From assembly GCF_009914755.1 (NCBI RefSeq), contig NC_060936.1: a stretch of 64,000 bases of DNA. The stretch is one strand, 5' to 3'. The notes beneath the pieces are model-generated. The model had not been told where the DNA came from. It did no database searches and saw only the letters and a program-made list of their open reading frames with translations. Below, one piece after another: positions 52,552-64,000 of this stretch (positions are counted from its first letter, which is position 1; each line of letters starts with the position of its first letter). Position numbers and translations under genes: made by a program. The DNA is from the human T2T-CHM13v2.0 reference genome, Homo sapiens.

Positions 52552-55199
52552 CTTTATAAATTACCCAGTCTCAGGTATTTCTTTATAGCAGTGTGAAAAT
52601 GGACTAATACAGCCTGGGAGGCCTCAGAAAAATTATAATCATAGCAGAAGGTGAAGAGGAAGCAGGCACAACCTTTACATGGTGGAGCAGGAGACAGAGA
52701 GTGAAGGGAAAGTGCTACACACTTTTGAACAACCAGATCTCATGAGAATTCACTCACTATCATGAGAATAACAAGGGGGAAATCTGCCTCCACGATCCAA
52801 TCACCTCCCAGCAGTCCCCTCCTCCAACATTGAAGATCATAATTCAACATGAGATTTGGGAGGGGACATATAGAGCCAAACCATATCATCGTGCTCCTGG
52901 CTTCTCCCAAATCTCATGTCCTTCTCACATCTCAAAACACAATCATGCCTTCCCAAAATCTTAACTCATTCCAGAATTAACTCAAAAGTCCAAGTCCAAA
53001 GTCTCATCTGAGACAAGGCAAGTCCCTTCTGTCTCTGAGCCTGTAAAATCAAAAACAAGTTAGTTACTTCCAAAATACAATGGGGGTACAAGCATTGGGT
53101 AAATGCTCTCATTCTAAAAGGGGTGAGTTGGCCAAAACAAAGGGGCTAATGGCCCTATGCAAGTCTAAAACCCAGTGGGACAGTCATTAAATCTTAATGC
53201 TCCAAAATAATCTCCTTTGACTCAGTGTCTCACATTCAGGAGACACTGATGCAAAGGTGGGCTCCCAAGGCCTTGGGCAGCTCTGCCCCTGTGGCTGTAC
53301 AGGTTACAGCCCTCACAGCTGCTTTCACAGGCTGGCATTGAGTGCCTGTGACTTTTCCAGGTGCATGGTGCAAGCTGTCAGTGGATCTACCATTCTGGGG
53401 TCTCAGGATGGTGGCTCTCTTCTCACAGACCCACTAGACAGTGGCCCAATGGAGATTCTGCATTGGGGTTTCAACCCCACATTTCCCCTCTGCAGTGCCC
53501 TAGTAGAGGTTTTCCATGAGGGCTCCAACCCTGCAGCAGACTTCTGCTTGGACATCCAGATGTTTCCATACATCCTCTGAAATCTAGGTGGAGGCTCCCA
53601 AGCCTCAACTCTTGCCTTCTGCACATTCACAGACCCAACACCATGTGGAAGCCACCAAGGCTTGGGGCTTGCACCCTCTGAAGCAACAACCTGAGCTATA
53701 CTTTGGCCCCTTTTAACTACAGCTGGAGCTGTAGCAGCTGGGACAAAGGGCACCATGTCCCAAGGCTGCATAGAACATCAGGGTCCTGCACCTGGCCCAG
53801 GAAACCATTTTTCCCTCCTGGGCCTCCAGGCCTGTGATGGGAGGGGCTGCCGTGAAGATCTTGGAAATACCGCAGAGGCGTTTCCTCCATTGTCTTGGCT
53901 AATAACATTCAGCTCTTCTTTACTTATGCAAATTTCTGCAGCCTTGAATTCCTCCCCAGAAAATGGGTTTTCCTTTTCCATTGCATGGTTGGGCTGCAAA
54001 TTTTCCAAACTTCTATGCTCTGTTTACCTTTTAAATACAAGTTCTAGGCCAGGCGCGGTGGCTAACGCCTGTAATCCCAGCAGTTTGGGAGGCCGAGGCG
54101 GGTGGATCACGAGGTCAGGAGATCGAGACCTTCCTGGTTAACACGGTGAAACCTCGTCTCTACTAAAAATACAAAAACTTAGCCGGGCGCAGTGGCAGGT
54201 GCCTGTAATCCCAGCTACTCAGGAGGCTGAGGCAGGAGAATGGCATGAACACAGGAGGCAGAGCTTGCAGTGAGCCAAGATCATGCCATTGCACTCTGGC
54301 CTAGGCAAAAAGTAAGACTCTGTCTCAAAAAAAAAAAAAAAATACAAGTTCTAGTTTCAGGTCATTTTTAATTTTTTGCTTATGCAAATGAGCATAGGCT
54401 TTTAGAAGCAGCCAGGCCCATCGTGACCACTTTTCTGCTTAGAAATTTCTCCCACCAGATACCATAAATAATCTCTCTCAAGTTCAAAGTTCCAGGGATC
54501 TCTAGAGCAGGGGCACAATGCCACCAGTTTCTTTGCTAAAGCATAACCAAAAGTGACCTTTACTTTAGTTCCCAATAAGTTCCTCATCTCCATCTGAGAC
54601 CACCTCAGCCTGGACTTCATTGTCCATATCACTATCAGCATTTTGGCCAAAACCATTCAATAAGTGTCTAAGAATTTCTCAACTTTCTCACATCTTCCTG
54701 TCTTCTTCTAAGCCCTCCAAACCATTCTAACTTCTACCTACTACCCAGTTGCAAAGCTGCTTCCACATTTTCAGGTATCTTTATAGCAATACCCCACCTC
54801 TGGTACCAATTTTCTGTATTAGTCCATTCTCACAATGTTATAAAGAACTACTTGAGACTGGGTAATTTATGAAGAAAAGAGGTTTAATTGACTCACAGTT
54901 CTGCAGGCTGTACAGGAGGCATGCCTGGGAGATCTCAGGGAACTTATAATCATGGCAGAGGGTGAAGGGGAAGCAGGCACATCTTCACATGGCAGAGTAG
55001 GAGAGAGAGAGAGAGTGAAGGGGGGAAGCACTACACTTTTAAACAACCAGACCTCATGAGAACTCACTCACTATCATGCAACAGCAAGGGGGATATCCAA
55101 CCCCATATTCCAATCACCTCCCAGCAGGCCCCTCCTCCAACACTGAAGATCATAATTCAATGTGAGATTTTGGTGGGGACACAGAGCCAAATGATATCG
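52552..55199 (-). mobile_element. MaLR (THE1D/MSTA-like) provirus: 3' LTR 52552-52888, internal 52889-54814, 5' LTR 54815-55199
   Basis: Two similar LTRs (...gagccaaaccatatca; tgtattagtcc...) flank MaLR-int sequence (ctcatctgagacaaggcaagtccctt, ggctcccaaggccttgggcagctc). Confidence 0.92.
54047..54342 (+). mobile_element. AluY nested in the MaLR internal region
   Basis: AluY diagnostics; perfect TSD aaatacaagttcta (54033-54046 and 54340-54353). Confidence 0.97.
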
Positions 55200-55939
55200 G
55201 GTGGCATGGACATTTTAACAATATTAATTCTTCCAACCCATGAACATGGATAGAGGTTGGCATATTTTTTTTTCAACATACCTTTTACATTGAATCTTGC
55301 CATTAGTTTATATTTTAGTAAGTCTCTTTTAAATAGTAGGTAGGGGGACTGTTCTTTTTTTAAATCAATTTTCAGAATCTCTTTTGAGTTAATATATGTA
55401 TAAATATTAGGACTATTGGTATATTTAAATTCATTTAAACTATCTTACTTTGTGCTTTATATTTTTCTGCTTTTGCTATGCTTTTGGAAAAATCGATTTT
55501 CTTTGCTTTTTCACTTATTGTGTCCTACTAGTTAGAAAGCCATAACCTCTCTTTTTAAAATGTTGCCATTGGAATTTATTACGTGTAATGAACTTAACAA
55601 TATCTGGGTTTTTCAATATCTGGAGCAACTCAACAAACTTAGTGTACTTTAGCATTGAGCATCCTCCTCCCAACTTGGATATTTTTGTAATACACTTTTA
55701 GTTCCGTTATTTTTTCCCCCTCACAAAATAAACACTATTATACTAACTACACATAAAGATAATGACAACTTGCCTACATGTTTGCTAATTTCTTTGCTCA
55801 CAATTCTCTCCTGTTTCTTCAGTCTTTCTTTTGAGATCATTTTCTTACTCCTGAAGTTCATTCATTCTTTAGAAGTTTCTTTGGTCAATGTCTTTTGAAG
55901 GTAAATCCTCTGTTTGTTTGTTTATCTGAAAAAGATGTT

Positions 55940-56073
55940 CCTTTTGCCTTCTGCCATGACTGTGAGACCTTCCCAGCTGTGTGGAACTGTGAGTCCATTA
56001 AACCTCTTTTTCTTTATAAATTACCCATTCTCAGGTATGTCTTTATCAGCAGCATGAAAATGGACTAATACAG
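55940..56073 (+). mobile_element. THE1 LTR 3' fragment
   Basis: gccttctgccatgactgtgag...gtgagtccattaaacctc...aaaatggactaataca. Confidence 0.88.
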
Positions 56074-56966
56074 GCCACCAGATTAATACAGCATGAAAAT
56101 GGACTAATACAGTCACCAAAGAGGACTTTCAACTTTAGGAAAGTGGAGAGGGACCCCTCTCCCCTGCCCACTGCCACAAACACACTCAATGGCAAACACT
56201 GCAACAGAGGATGTGGGAAGGTTTGTAGGGAGGGCTTTGTGTGTTTTCACATGGCATAGAGAGCCAAATGGAGAAATGAAAGAAAAGTCACTTATAATTC
56301 AACACCAAAACCAACAGCACAAGAAGCAAAGGTGTCCTTTTCTCAGTTAGAATCTTAAAATTAGGTCCTTGAACTTCCCCATGCTGCTGGTGGGAGTGTA
56401 AATTGGTAGCCACTTTGGAAAACTGTTCAGCAGTATATGTAGTAGTTGAATACATGCATACCCTATAACTCAACTACACTGTTAGGTGTGTACCCCAAGC
56501 ACGTTCACCAAAAGATATATACTAAAATGTTTCTAGTCACAAGAGAGGAATGAGATATAGGGATATATATGTTTCAGTGTGTGAATATCTCTCTATTATG
56601 TATCTCTATATTATATATTTGTATATTATATATTATTATATATAAATATAATAGAGAGATATTCATACACTGAAATACTATATAACACTGAGCATGAAAA
56701 AACTACAACGGTACGCAACAACATGGATAAACCTCAGAAACATAATATTCAGAGAAACAGGCCAAGCACAAAAGAGTGCATACTATACAATTCCCTTATA
56801 TAAGGTTCAAAAATAGGCTAATCTTTGAGATAGAAATCAGATCAGAGGTTAGCTTTGACATGGGCTGTTGCAGTGGTCGGTGACTAGGTAGGAGGGGTCA
56901 CAAGGGGAGCTTGTGTAAGTGCTGAAAATGTTCTATTTTTTTATTAGATGCTGGTTGCATGGGTGT

Positions 56967-57612
56967 TGCTATGGTTTAAATGTTGCCCCAAAAGTGTTCA
57001 TTAGAAATGTCACCCACAATGCAATAGTGTTGGAAGGTGTGTCCAAATGAAAAGTGATTTAGGACATGAGGGCTCCACCCTCATGAATGAATTAATCCTG
57101 TTGTTTAGGGCATGTTTTGTTATTAAAAGGAGTGGCTCTGCACCATGGCTCATGCCTGTAATCCCAGCACTTTGGGAGGCCAAGGTGGGTGGATTGCTTG
57201 AGCTCTGGGCAACATAAAAAAACCCCATCTCTACAAAAAAATACAAAAATTATCTGGGCATCATGGCATGCACCTGTAGTCCCAGATACTTGGGAGGCTG
57301 AGGCAGAAGGAGCCCTTGAGCCAGGGGCAGAGGTTGCAGTGATTCATCATTGCATCATTTCACTCTAACCTGGGCAACAGAGTGAGACTGTGTCTCAAAT
57401 TAAAAAAAAAAAAGTGAGTTAAATCCCTTTCTCTCTCCCTACCCTCTTTGTCATTGCATGTTTGGATGGTGTAGCAAGAAGGACCTCACCAGATGCTGCC
57501 CCTCAATCTTGGATTTCCTGGCCTCCAGAACTGTGAGCCAATAAATTTCTATTCATTCTGAATTAACCAGTCTGTGGTATTCTCTTATAGCAGCACAAAA
57601 TGAACTGAGACA
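56967..57612 (+). mobile_element. MSTB-like solo LTR with 5-bp TSD GGTGT
   Basis: tgctatggttt...gcctccagaactgtgagccaataaattt...gaactgagaca; TSD at 56962-56966 and 57613-57617. Confidence 0.92.
57134..57413 (+). mobile_element. AluJ with a small left-arm deletion, nested in the LTR
   Basis: ggattgcttgagc|tctgggcaacat junction; A tail. Confidence 0.9.
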
Positions 57613-57989
57613 GGTGTGCTCACTCAGTGAAAATGTTTTGAACTGCATGCTTATGCTTATGAATTGTTAACTTCTCTGCGTGCATGTTACATTTCAATAA
57701 AAAAAGTTAACTCAGAAACATAGATGTTCCTCCCATAATTTCTAGAGAGATTTTCTCCAAATACAAAATGAGGTTCTGAAATCAGCAAATTCTTATTTAG
57801 CTCCATGAGTTCCAACCCACTCCCCACCACTCCCACCCCAGATCCCATGCTGTATGTCCTCAGTGTTTCCAATAAATGTGTATGTACAGGCATGCGCATA
57901 CCGTGCACACATACATAAACACATGCACACATTTCTCCTTGCTTTCTCTTCCAAATGTGAGCTTTGCTATACATTGCTGGTGCATACAG

Positions 57990-58170
57990 CACTCTGCTTG
58001 GCACTTAGTACGTATTACTTCATTTAGTCCTGAACACTATCCTCTAAGGCAGTCATAAATTTCTCTATTTTATGAAATCTGAGGTCCAGAAAGATGAGAT
58101 AACTTGCTGCAAATCACAGAGCTAATGAGGTCTCATTGACTTTACAGCCCCTTGCTTTTCCGCCACTAAA
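57990..58170 (-). mobile_element. MIR
   Basis: ttcatttagtcctgaacact...aacttgctgcaaatcacagagcta. Confidence 0.6.
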
Positions 58171-59221
58171 ACTTCCTTCTTATTAAGCAAGAAGATAGCA
58201 ACTCAAAAGCTAGTAATGTTAAGACAGAAATTATATAGTTAGTTTATCTGTCTCCATTTACAGATGGGAAAACAGAAGAAAAAGTGACTGGCCCAAGGTT
58301 CCATGCTGGGTGGTCATAATTTCATGTATTAACTATTCACTGCAAGAATTATGTAGGGAAAAATATACAGGTAAAAACAAAGTCTAAAGAACTATAAAAG
58401 AATAGATAGAGCATATGCAATTTTGCAATCCAACCTAAATTTCCTTTGTTTTGCCTTGAGGTTGAACCACAACTGATACCTTCCTTATACCCAGGCAAGA
58501 TGATCCTGCTCTGGGTTTTGGAAGCCCCAACATATCACAAATAACTGTGCACTTTGGTCTCTTGGAATCTGATGCTGAGTATTTGACAATACAACCTGCC
58601 ACCCCAAACAAATTCTGTTCTCATGATCTGTTCAGGACCCAGGAAATGGATTCTCTATATTTTTTTCCCTTCGTTGTGAACAATGATTGATGGTTCAAAT
58701 GCTGTGAAGGTCTGTGTTTCCTTCTACTTCTGAGATTGAAGGTGACACTGCATCTGAATGAAGGAAGGAGTGAGGCAGTGGCACCCAGGTTAGGGAGAAC
58801 ACAATTTTCACTAACTTTTCAAATCCTTCTTTCTTGGCATGAGTGCAATAGATTATGCATTTATAATCTATTGATTACGACTAATGAAAAGTCATTTTCA
58901 TAGCCCTGAGGGTCCATTTACTTGCCTCATTTTGTGTCCTAAAAGGTGGTTCCACAAGTGCTTATAAGTTTTTGTGTATTCACAACAGTTACACATGGTG
59001 GCTGAGGAATATTTTATGCCATTAAACAATGCATATTTCTGTTGAATTTGTATGTATTATGTCTTGACTTGAAATGCACAAAACAAAACTCTAATTATTT
59101 ACATTGGCAATTAATTGACACTATATTAGCTAAAATTGGTTTTAGCTAATAAAACTAATAAAATTAATTTTACTTTTAGAAAAGTGTTGAATAAAGTTTA
59201 AGATTTTCAAAAAGTTACTCA

Positions 59222-60145
59222 ACATCACCCACCCTCAGATAATTGCCAATCAAAACCACAATAAGAGATCACCTCACACCTCTCAGCATGGCCATGATCA
59301 AACAAGACAAAACAACAGATAACAAGTGTTGAAGAGGATGTGGAGAAATTGGAACGCTTGTGCGCTGTTGGTGGAATGTAAAATGATATAGCCCCTATGG
59401 AAAACACTATGGGGGTTTCTAAAAAAAGTAAACATAGAACTACCATATTGTCCAGCAATCCCTCTTCTGGGTATATATCTAAACTAATTGAAATAACTAT
59501 CTGAACTCCCATGTTTATGCAGCATTATTCACAGTAGCAAAGACATAGAAGCAGCGTAAATCTCTATCAGTGAATGAATGGATAAACAAAGTGTGGTATA
59601 TACATACAATAGAATATCATTCAAAGGGAAATCCTGCCATGTGCAACAACATGCATGAACTGGAGGGCATTATGCTAAGTAAAATAAGCCAGTCACAAAA
59701 GGACAAATACTGCATGATCCCACTTATATGAGGTATCTAAAACAATCAAGTTCATAGAAGCAGACAATAGAATGGTGATTGCCAGGGGTAGGGAGTGGAG
59801 GTGGGGAATGGGGAGTTGTTTAATGGGTATAAAGTTTCCTTTATACAAGATAAATGAGTTCTAAAGATCTGCTGTAAGCATAGTGCCCACAGTTAACAAT
59901 ACTGTACTGTGTTCTTAAAATATGTTAAGAATGTAGACCTCACATGAAGTGTTCTTACCACAAAAACAAAAAACAAGCAAAATAAAAAATGAATAAAAGG
60001 GCACAAGGAAACTTTTAAAGGTGATGAATATGTTTATTGCCTTGATTATGGTGATGATTTCCTGGGCATGTGCATATGTCTGAGCTCATCCAACTGTATA
60101 TATTACATATGTGCAGTTTTGTATATCATTTATATCTCAATAAAG
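59222..60145 (+). mobile_element. L1MA/MB 3' end
   Basis: aatcaaaaccacaataagagatcacctcacacc...tatgctaagtaaaataagccagtcaca...ctcaataaag. Confidence 0.9.
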
Positions 60146-60159
60146 TGGGTTGTTTTTTA

Positions 60160-60338
60160 ATTTTTGTTTTTTTTAGAGATGGAATCTCACTATGTTACCC
60201 AGGCTGGAGTGCAGTGGCTGTATACAAGCACAATCATAATGTACTGCAGCCCTCAACTCCTGGGCTTATGTGATCCTCCTGACTCAGTCTCAGTCTCGCA
60301 AGTAGCTGGGATTACAGGTGTGTGCCACTGCACCTGGC
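60160..60338 (-). mobile_element. Alu right monomer (FRAM/AluJ-like)
   Basis: cccaggctggagtgcagtgg...gtagctgggattacagg...cacctggct. Confidence 0.8.
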
Positions 60339-61274
60339 TTAAGAAAATTGCTTTTAAAAAGATTTTCAAAAAGTTAGATAAAAACTCAGCTTTTCTCAAA
60401 TAAGTATGATTTAAAACTTTATTATCAATTATAATTTATATTTTGCTTTTTAAATTTAAGAGATAATATTGGATGTCAATGGTGACTTTTGAATTTATAA
60501 ATTAAAGATAATTTGAATTATATTTAACATTTACTTTAATATACATTTTGATGAAAAAGTCCAAATTTTCTAGATGTTGAACATGATTTTACTTATATTT
60601 TAATCCTTCATATCATTACTATCAATTGAACACAGATTTTACTTAAAGGTAAAGACCATCAATTTTATGAAATTCATACATAATAAATTATGAATTATGT
60701 ATGTTTTCATTTTATTATGCACCTTAAAATCATTGGCCACCAATAGAATACCCATACCTGACCAATAACAAAAAAATTTACTCTTTTGCTATTGTACTGA
60801 CTTTTCATCATAAAAAAATATATTTACCCATATTTTAAAATTTTGTTCTTATGAAGCAATATTTGTCAAATGTTATGGAAATAAATTTGTGAAACAGAAA
60901 ATTATTTTATGTAAGAGTCTGTGAGCTTGATTTAAAACTTTAAAATATTTATTTATAAGGTATAAGTGCCTCTATCTTTCTTCAGGGCTGCAAAAAGTTA
61001 GTGGCAGGTCTGACCACAGCTCTCTTTCACTTAGGGTCCATGCAACCAATGAAGAGCTTTGGGTCTTACCAGATGTCTTATCTTTTGCCACTGTGGCATT
61101 GAATGGCTGTCTGGCAGGTATCAAATCAATGTTCCTTCAATTATCCTTGAATTGTAAATTACTACTCATTTTTTTCTCTCTAAATCATGGGTCTTTCTTT
61201 GTAAGAGGATGTTTTAGTGGCAACAGGAAAAACTTCACAATAGAAGAAAATGGATTAAAATGAAGTGCTTTGTG

Positions 61275-61935
61275 TGGGTACATACCCAAAGGAATTGAAA
61301 TCAATATGTTGAAGAGATATCTCCACTTCCATGTTCATTTCAACATTATTCAAAATAGCCAAGATATGGAAGCAACCCGAGTGTTCATTAATGGATGAAT
61401 AAAAGAAGAAAATGTGGAATATATACACAATGGAATATTATACAACCTTTAAAAAGAAGGAAATCCTGCCATTTACAACATGGATGAACCTGGAGGGCAT
61501 TATGCTAAATGAAGTAATCTCTGCACAGAAAGACAAATACTGTATGATTTCACTTATATGTAGAATTTAAAAGAGTTGATCTCACAGAGACAGACTGTAG
61601 AATGGTGGTTCATAGAGGCTCTGGGTTGAGGAGGTATGGGAAAAGGGGAGAGGCTGGTCAGAGGGTACAAAGTTTCAGATAGACAGGAAGAATAAGTTTT
61701 AGAGAGATCTACTGTACAGCATGGTGACCATGTTTATAATAATTATATATTTCAAAATCGGTAATAGATGTTAAATGTTCTCACCACAAGAAAATGATAA
61801 AGTGTCATGGTGATAGATATGTTCAATAGTTTTGATTTAATCTTTCTATAATTTTATATATATCAAAACATCACATTATACCCCATAAATATATACAATT
61901 ATAATTTGTCAATTTAATTAATTAATTAATTTTAA
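61275..61935 (+). mobile_element. L1MA 3' end
   Basis: cccaaaggaattgaaatca...ggatgaacctggagggcattatgcta...ccccataaatatatacaatt. Confidence 0.9.
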
Positions 61936-62356
61936 AAAGGTGTTTTGTGGTTTTATTATTAATCTGTCTGAATCCTTGTTTTCTCCTTCCTCATCACCCC
62001 TTTTCTTCTGTTGCCCCTCCCTTTTCTCTTTTTCTTCTTATTCTGTTTCCTCTTCCTCCTCCAGCCTTTTAGTGAGGAAAGACTCTCTTGATAGCTGTGT
62101 TACTTCTCTTCATCAATGCCTACATTTCTCAAAGCTGAAGTGTCCAATGTTTTTTGAATCTGACTTTCTGCCAGAATTCTTTGAATAGATCAACTCCCTT
62201 TATGCTTTAACATTTTAAAATTGGTCGGTGCAAGAGAGAATTGGAGGATCTTAAGTATAGCGGTTTTCTTACAATCAACAAAGAATGTTATTCCAATTGA
62301 CAGTATTTTAAGTCCAGTCATGATGGCAGTTCTCACTTTCACTTAAATATTATAGG

Positions 62357-62492
62357 GACATACTAGGCTTAATATCAGGGTGATGAAATAATCTGTACAA
62401 CAAACCCCCATAAGTAAGTAAGGAAACAAGTTTAGTTATGTAACAAACCTGCACTTGTACCCCAAACTTAAAATAAAAGTTAAATAAATAAA
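62357..62492 (+). mobile_element. L1PA 3' tip with 13-bp TSD
   Basis: gggtgatgaaataatctgtacaacaaacccc...gtaacaaacctgcac; TSD taaatat(t/c)atagg. Confidence 0.85.
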
Positions 62493-63679
62493 TAAATATC
62501 ATAGGAATAAGTAAAGAATCTGAAGTACTATTATTGCCATTTTGCCATTTCTACTGGATTTCTAGATAAGAGTCTTATCTCAATATTTTGCCCTTCATTA
62601 ATTTTCTATCTACTTGGCTTGTTCAGCAAGTGGAGAGGAAGTGGGTTTCTCACAGGGTGCTAAGACAAGTGGTCTCTCATTTGTTGCTGTCTTACTGACC
62701 CCACATTCAGCAAATTACTCTCTGTTGGGGGAGATGGTTGCCAAGATAGGCAGTCTAGACTATAATTAAAAGTAAGATATTTTTTCACTCCATAAATTTA
62801 ACAGTTTGTTTCTTGAAACCATCCTGTTTCTCCTTAATTTGGCTCTAGGAAAATAACCACAAGTGACATGTGGTTCACTGTGGTTTCCTCAGACACTGTG
62901 GCTGTCCTCATTTGGTGTGTTATGGTTCGTAACAGTTCCAGACTCAGAGATTGAATGATGGTGGTGGTATCAGAAAGGTTTAATGGCTGGAACCCCATGG
63001 AAGTAAATTAAAAAAATTTATTTGACAAGAAGTGAAATGTCTTGGAAGTTGCCAGTGCTAAACTACCAAAGTTTCATCTTATCCTTATTTATAATTTAAT
63101 GGAACAATTTAGGATTTCAAAAACACTGGGTGCTTTCTCAACTACTTAACTCTGCCCTGAGTTAGCAGTAATGTAAAATGAGTTCTGCAATGAAGAATTT
63201 CAAGTACCCATAAGCAAGTGCAGAGTTGCAAAATCCTTCCAGAGTGTTGATTTATATTTCTGTAGCCCTCAGGACAGACATAGAGTTAGCAATGTATCTA
63301 TGGTATTTGTCTCTTCCATTCAATTGCAAACCCCTCTTGTTCATGGCTGTATCATGAAGCCAGAGTCCTTAGAGGGTACTTAGGGAACAAGAGTTCTGAG
63401 GCTGATCCATGGTGTAGTCTTCCTCCCAGTTCTGCCTGCATGATTGCTTAGTAATCTTAGGCTGTAACTCATTCTTCCCTCGGAAAATGATCACATTTTA
63501 TTGTCTTGGGAGGCATAGCAAAGCTCCTGTCACATGCTAATGTAATAGAACCTGAAGGCCCCTGGGCTCTGAGCCTGTGTGATTCCTGATTATGCTGGGC
63601 ACATCTTGTCATTTTTGCATTTGAAGGGAGGGAGCAAGCCTGGTGTTGCCCACTCTTCTCCTTTGGAATAATGAAAATG

Positions 63680-63900
63680 GTAATGATGATAACCACAGTG
63701 AAAGCTAATGACACTTTTGTATTATATGCCAGACACTGGGGTAAATGTGTCATATAAAGTATCTCACTTTTTCTTCCCAACTACACCATGAGCCCTATAA
63801 TTCTTAGCTCTAACTTACAGATGAAGAAACAGAGGTAGAGAGAGGCTACTGCTTAGTTAAGGTCTCCTAGCTAAGGAGTGCCTCCAGGACCCATGTTCTT
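63680..63900 (-). mobile_element. MIR
   Basis: tatatgccagacactg...ttacagatgaagaaacagagg. Confidence 0.7.
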
Positions 63901-64000
63901 AGTCTTTTCTCTCTTCTGGGGCAAATATATTAGATCATCTATTATAAAGCAACAGAGGAGATCAAGAAATACTCCAAGGCAGTTTGTTGCCCTTGGAGTC

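Larger units (their letters stand above)
56370..57705 (+). mobile_element. L1ME/MD 3' end interrupted by an MST LTR
   Basis: tgctggtgggagtgtaaattggt...ggataaacctcagaaacataat...; resumes after 57612 and ends at caataaaaaaa. Confidence 0.75.

Noticed and set aside
53257-54656. Several 60-130 aa ORFs
   Set aside because: Fragments of MaLR internal sequence and an Alu.
60400-61012. Very AT-rich block as a possible hAT-Tip100 relic or matrix-attachment region
   Set aside because: Only a weak terminus-like match; cannot be assigned without a Dfam search.

Overview
Primate, almost certainly human, genomic DNA (AluY/S/J, L1PA-L1ME, MIR, L2, MaLR LTRs, Tigger and Charlie transposons). The window holds the 3' end of MSRB3 (methionine-R-sulfoxide reductase B3) on the + strand: the tail of a long intron, a 98-nt coding exon (23184-23281, GWPSF...CSQ), a 9320-nt intron, and the terminal exon (CDS 32602-32769, [24 protein letters not shown]...KAEL*). 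A ~3.6-kb 3'UTR follows, ending near AATAAA at 36333. The remaining ~27.6 kb is repeat-dense DNA with no protein gene I can support; it includes a near full-length Tigger1, a Charlie transposase relic and a MaLR provirus. The other ORFs in the track look like repeat-derived or chance frames. I cannot claim a new multi-gene system. The best leads are: (i) the main poly(A) signal is one arm of an 11-bp hairpin whose other arm is an antisense AATAAA, with strong minus-strand acceptors nearby (candidate shared terminator for MSRB3 and a convergent lncRNA); (ii) a perfect 17-bp hairpin in the 3'UTR; (iii) strong cryptic acceptors upstream of both coding exons that would give poison or alternative C-termini; (iv) several templated inverted or direct duplications, including palindromes at both Tigger1 ends. 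Repeat subfamily names and boundaries are from visual comparison with remembered consensus sequences and are approximate.
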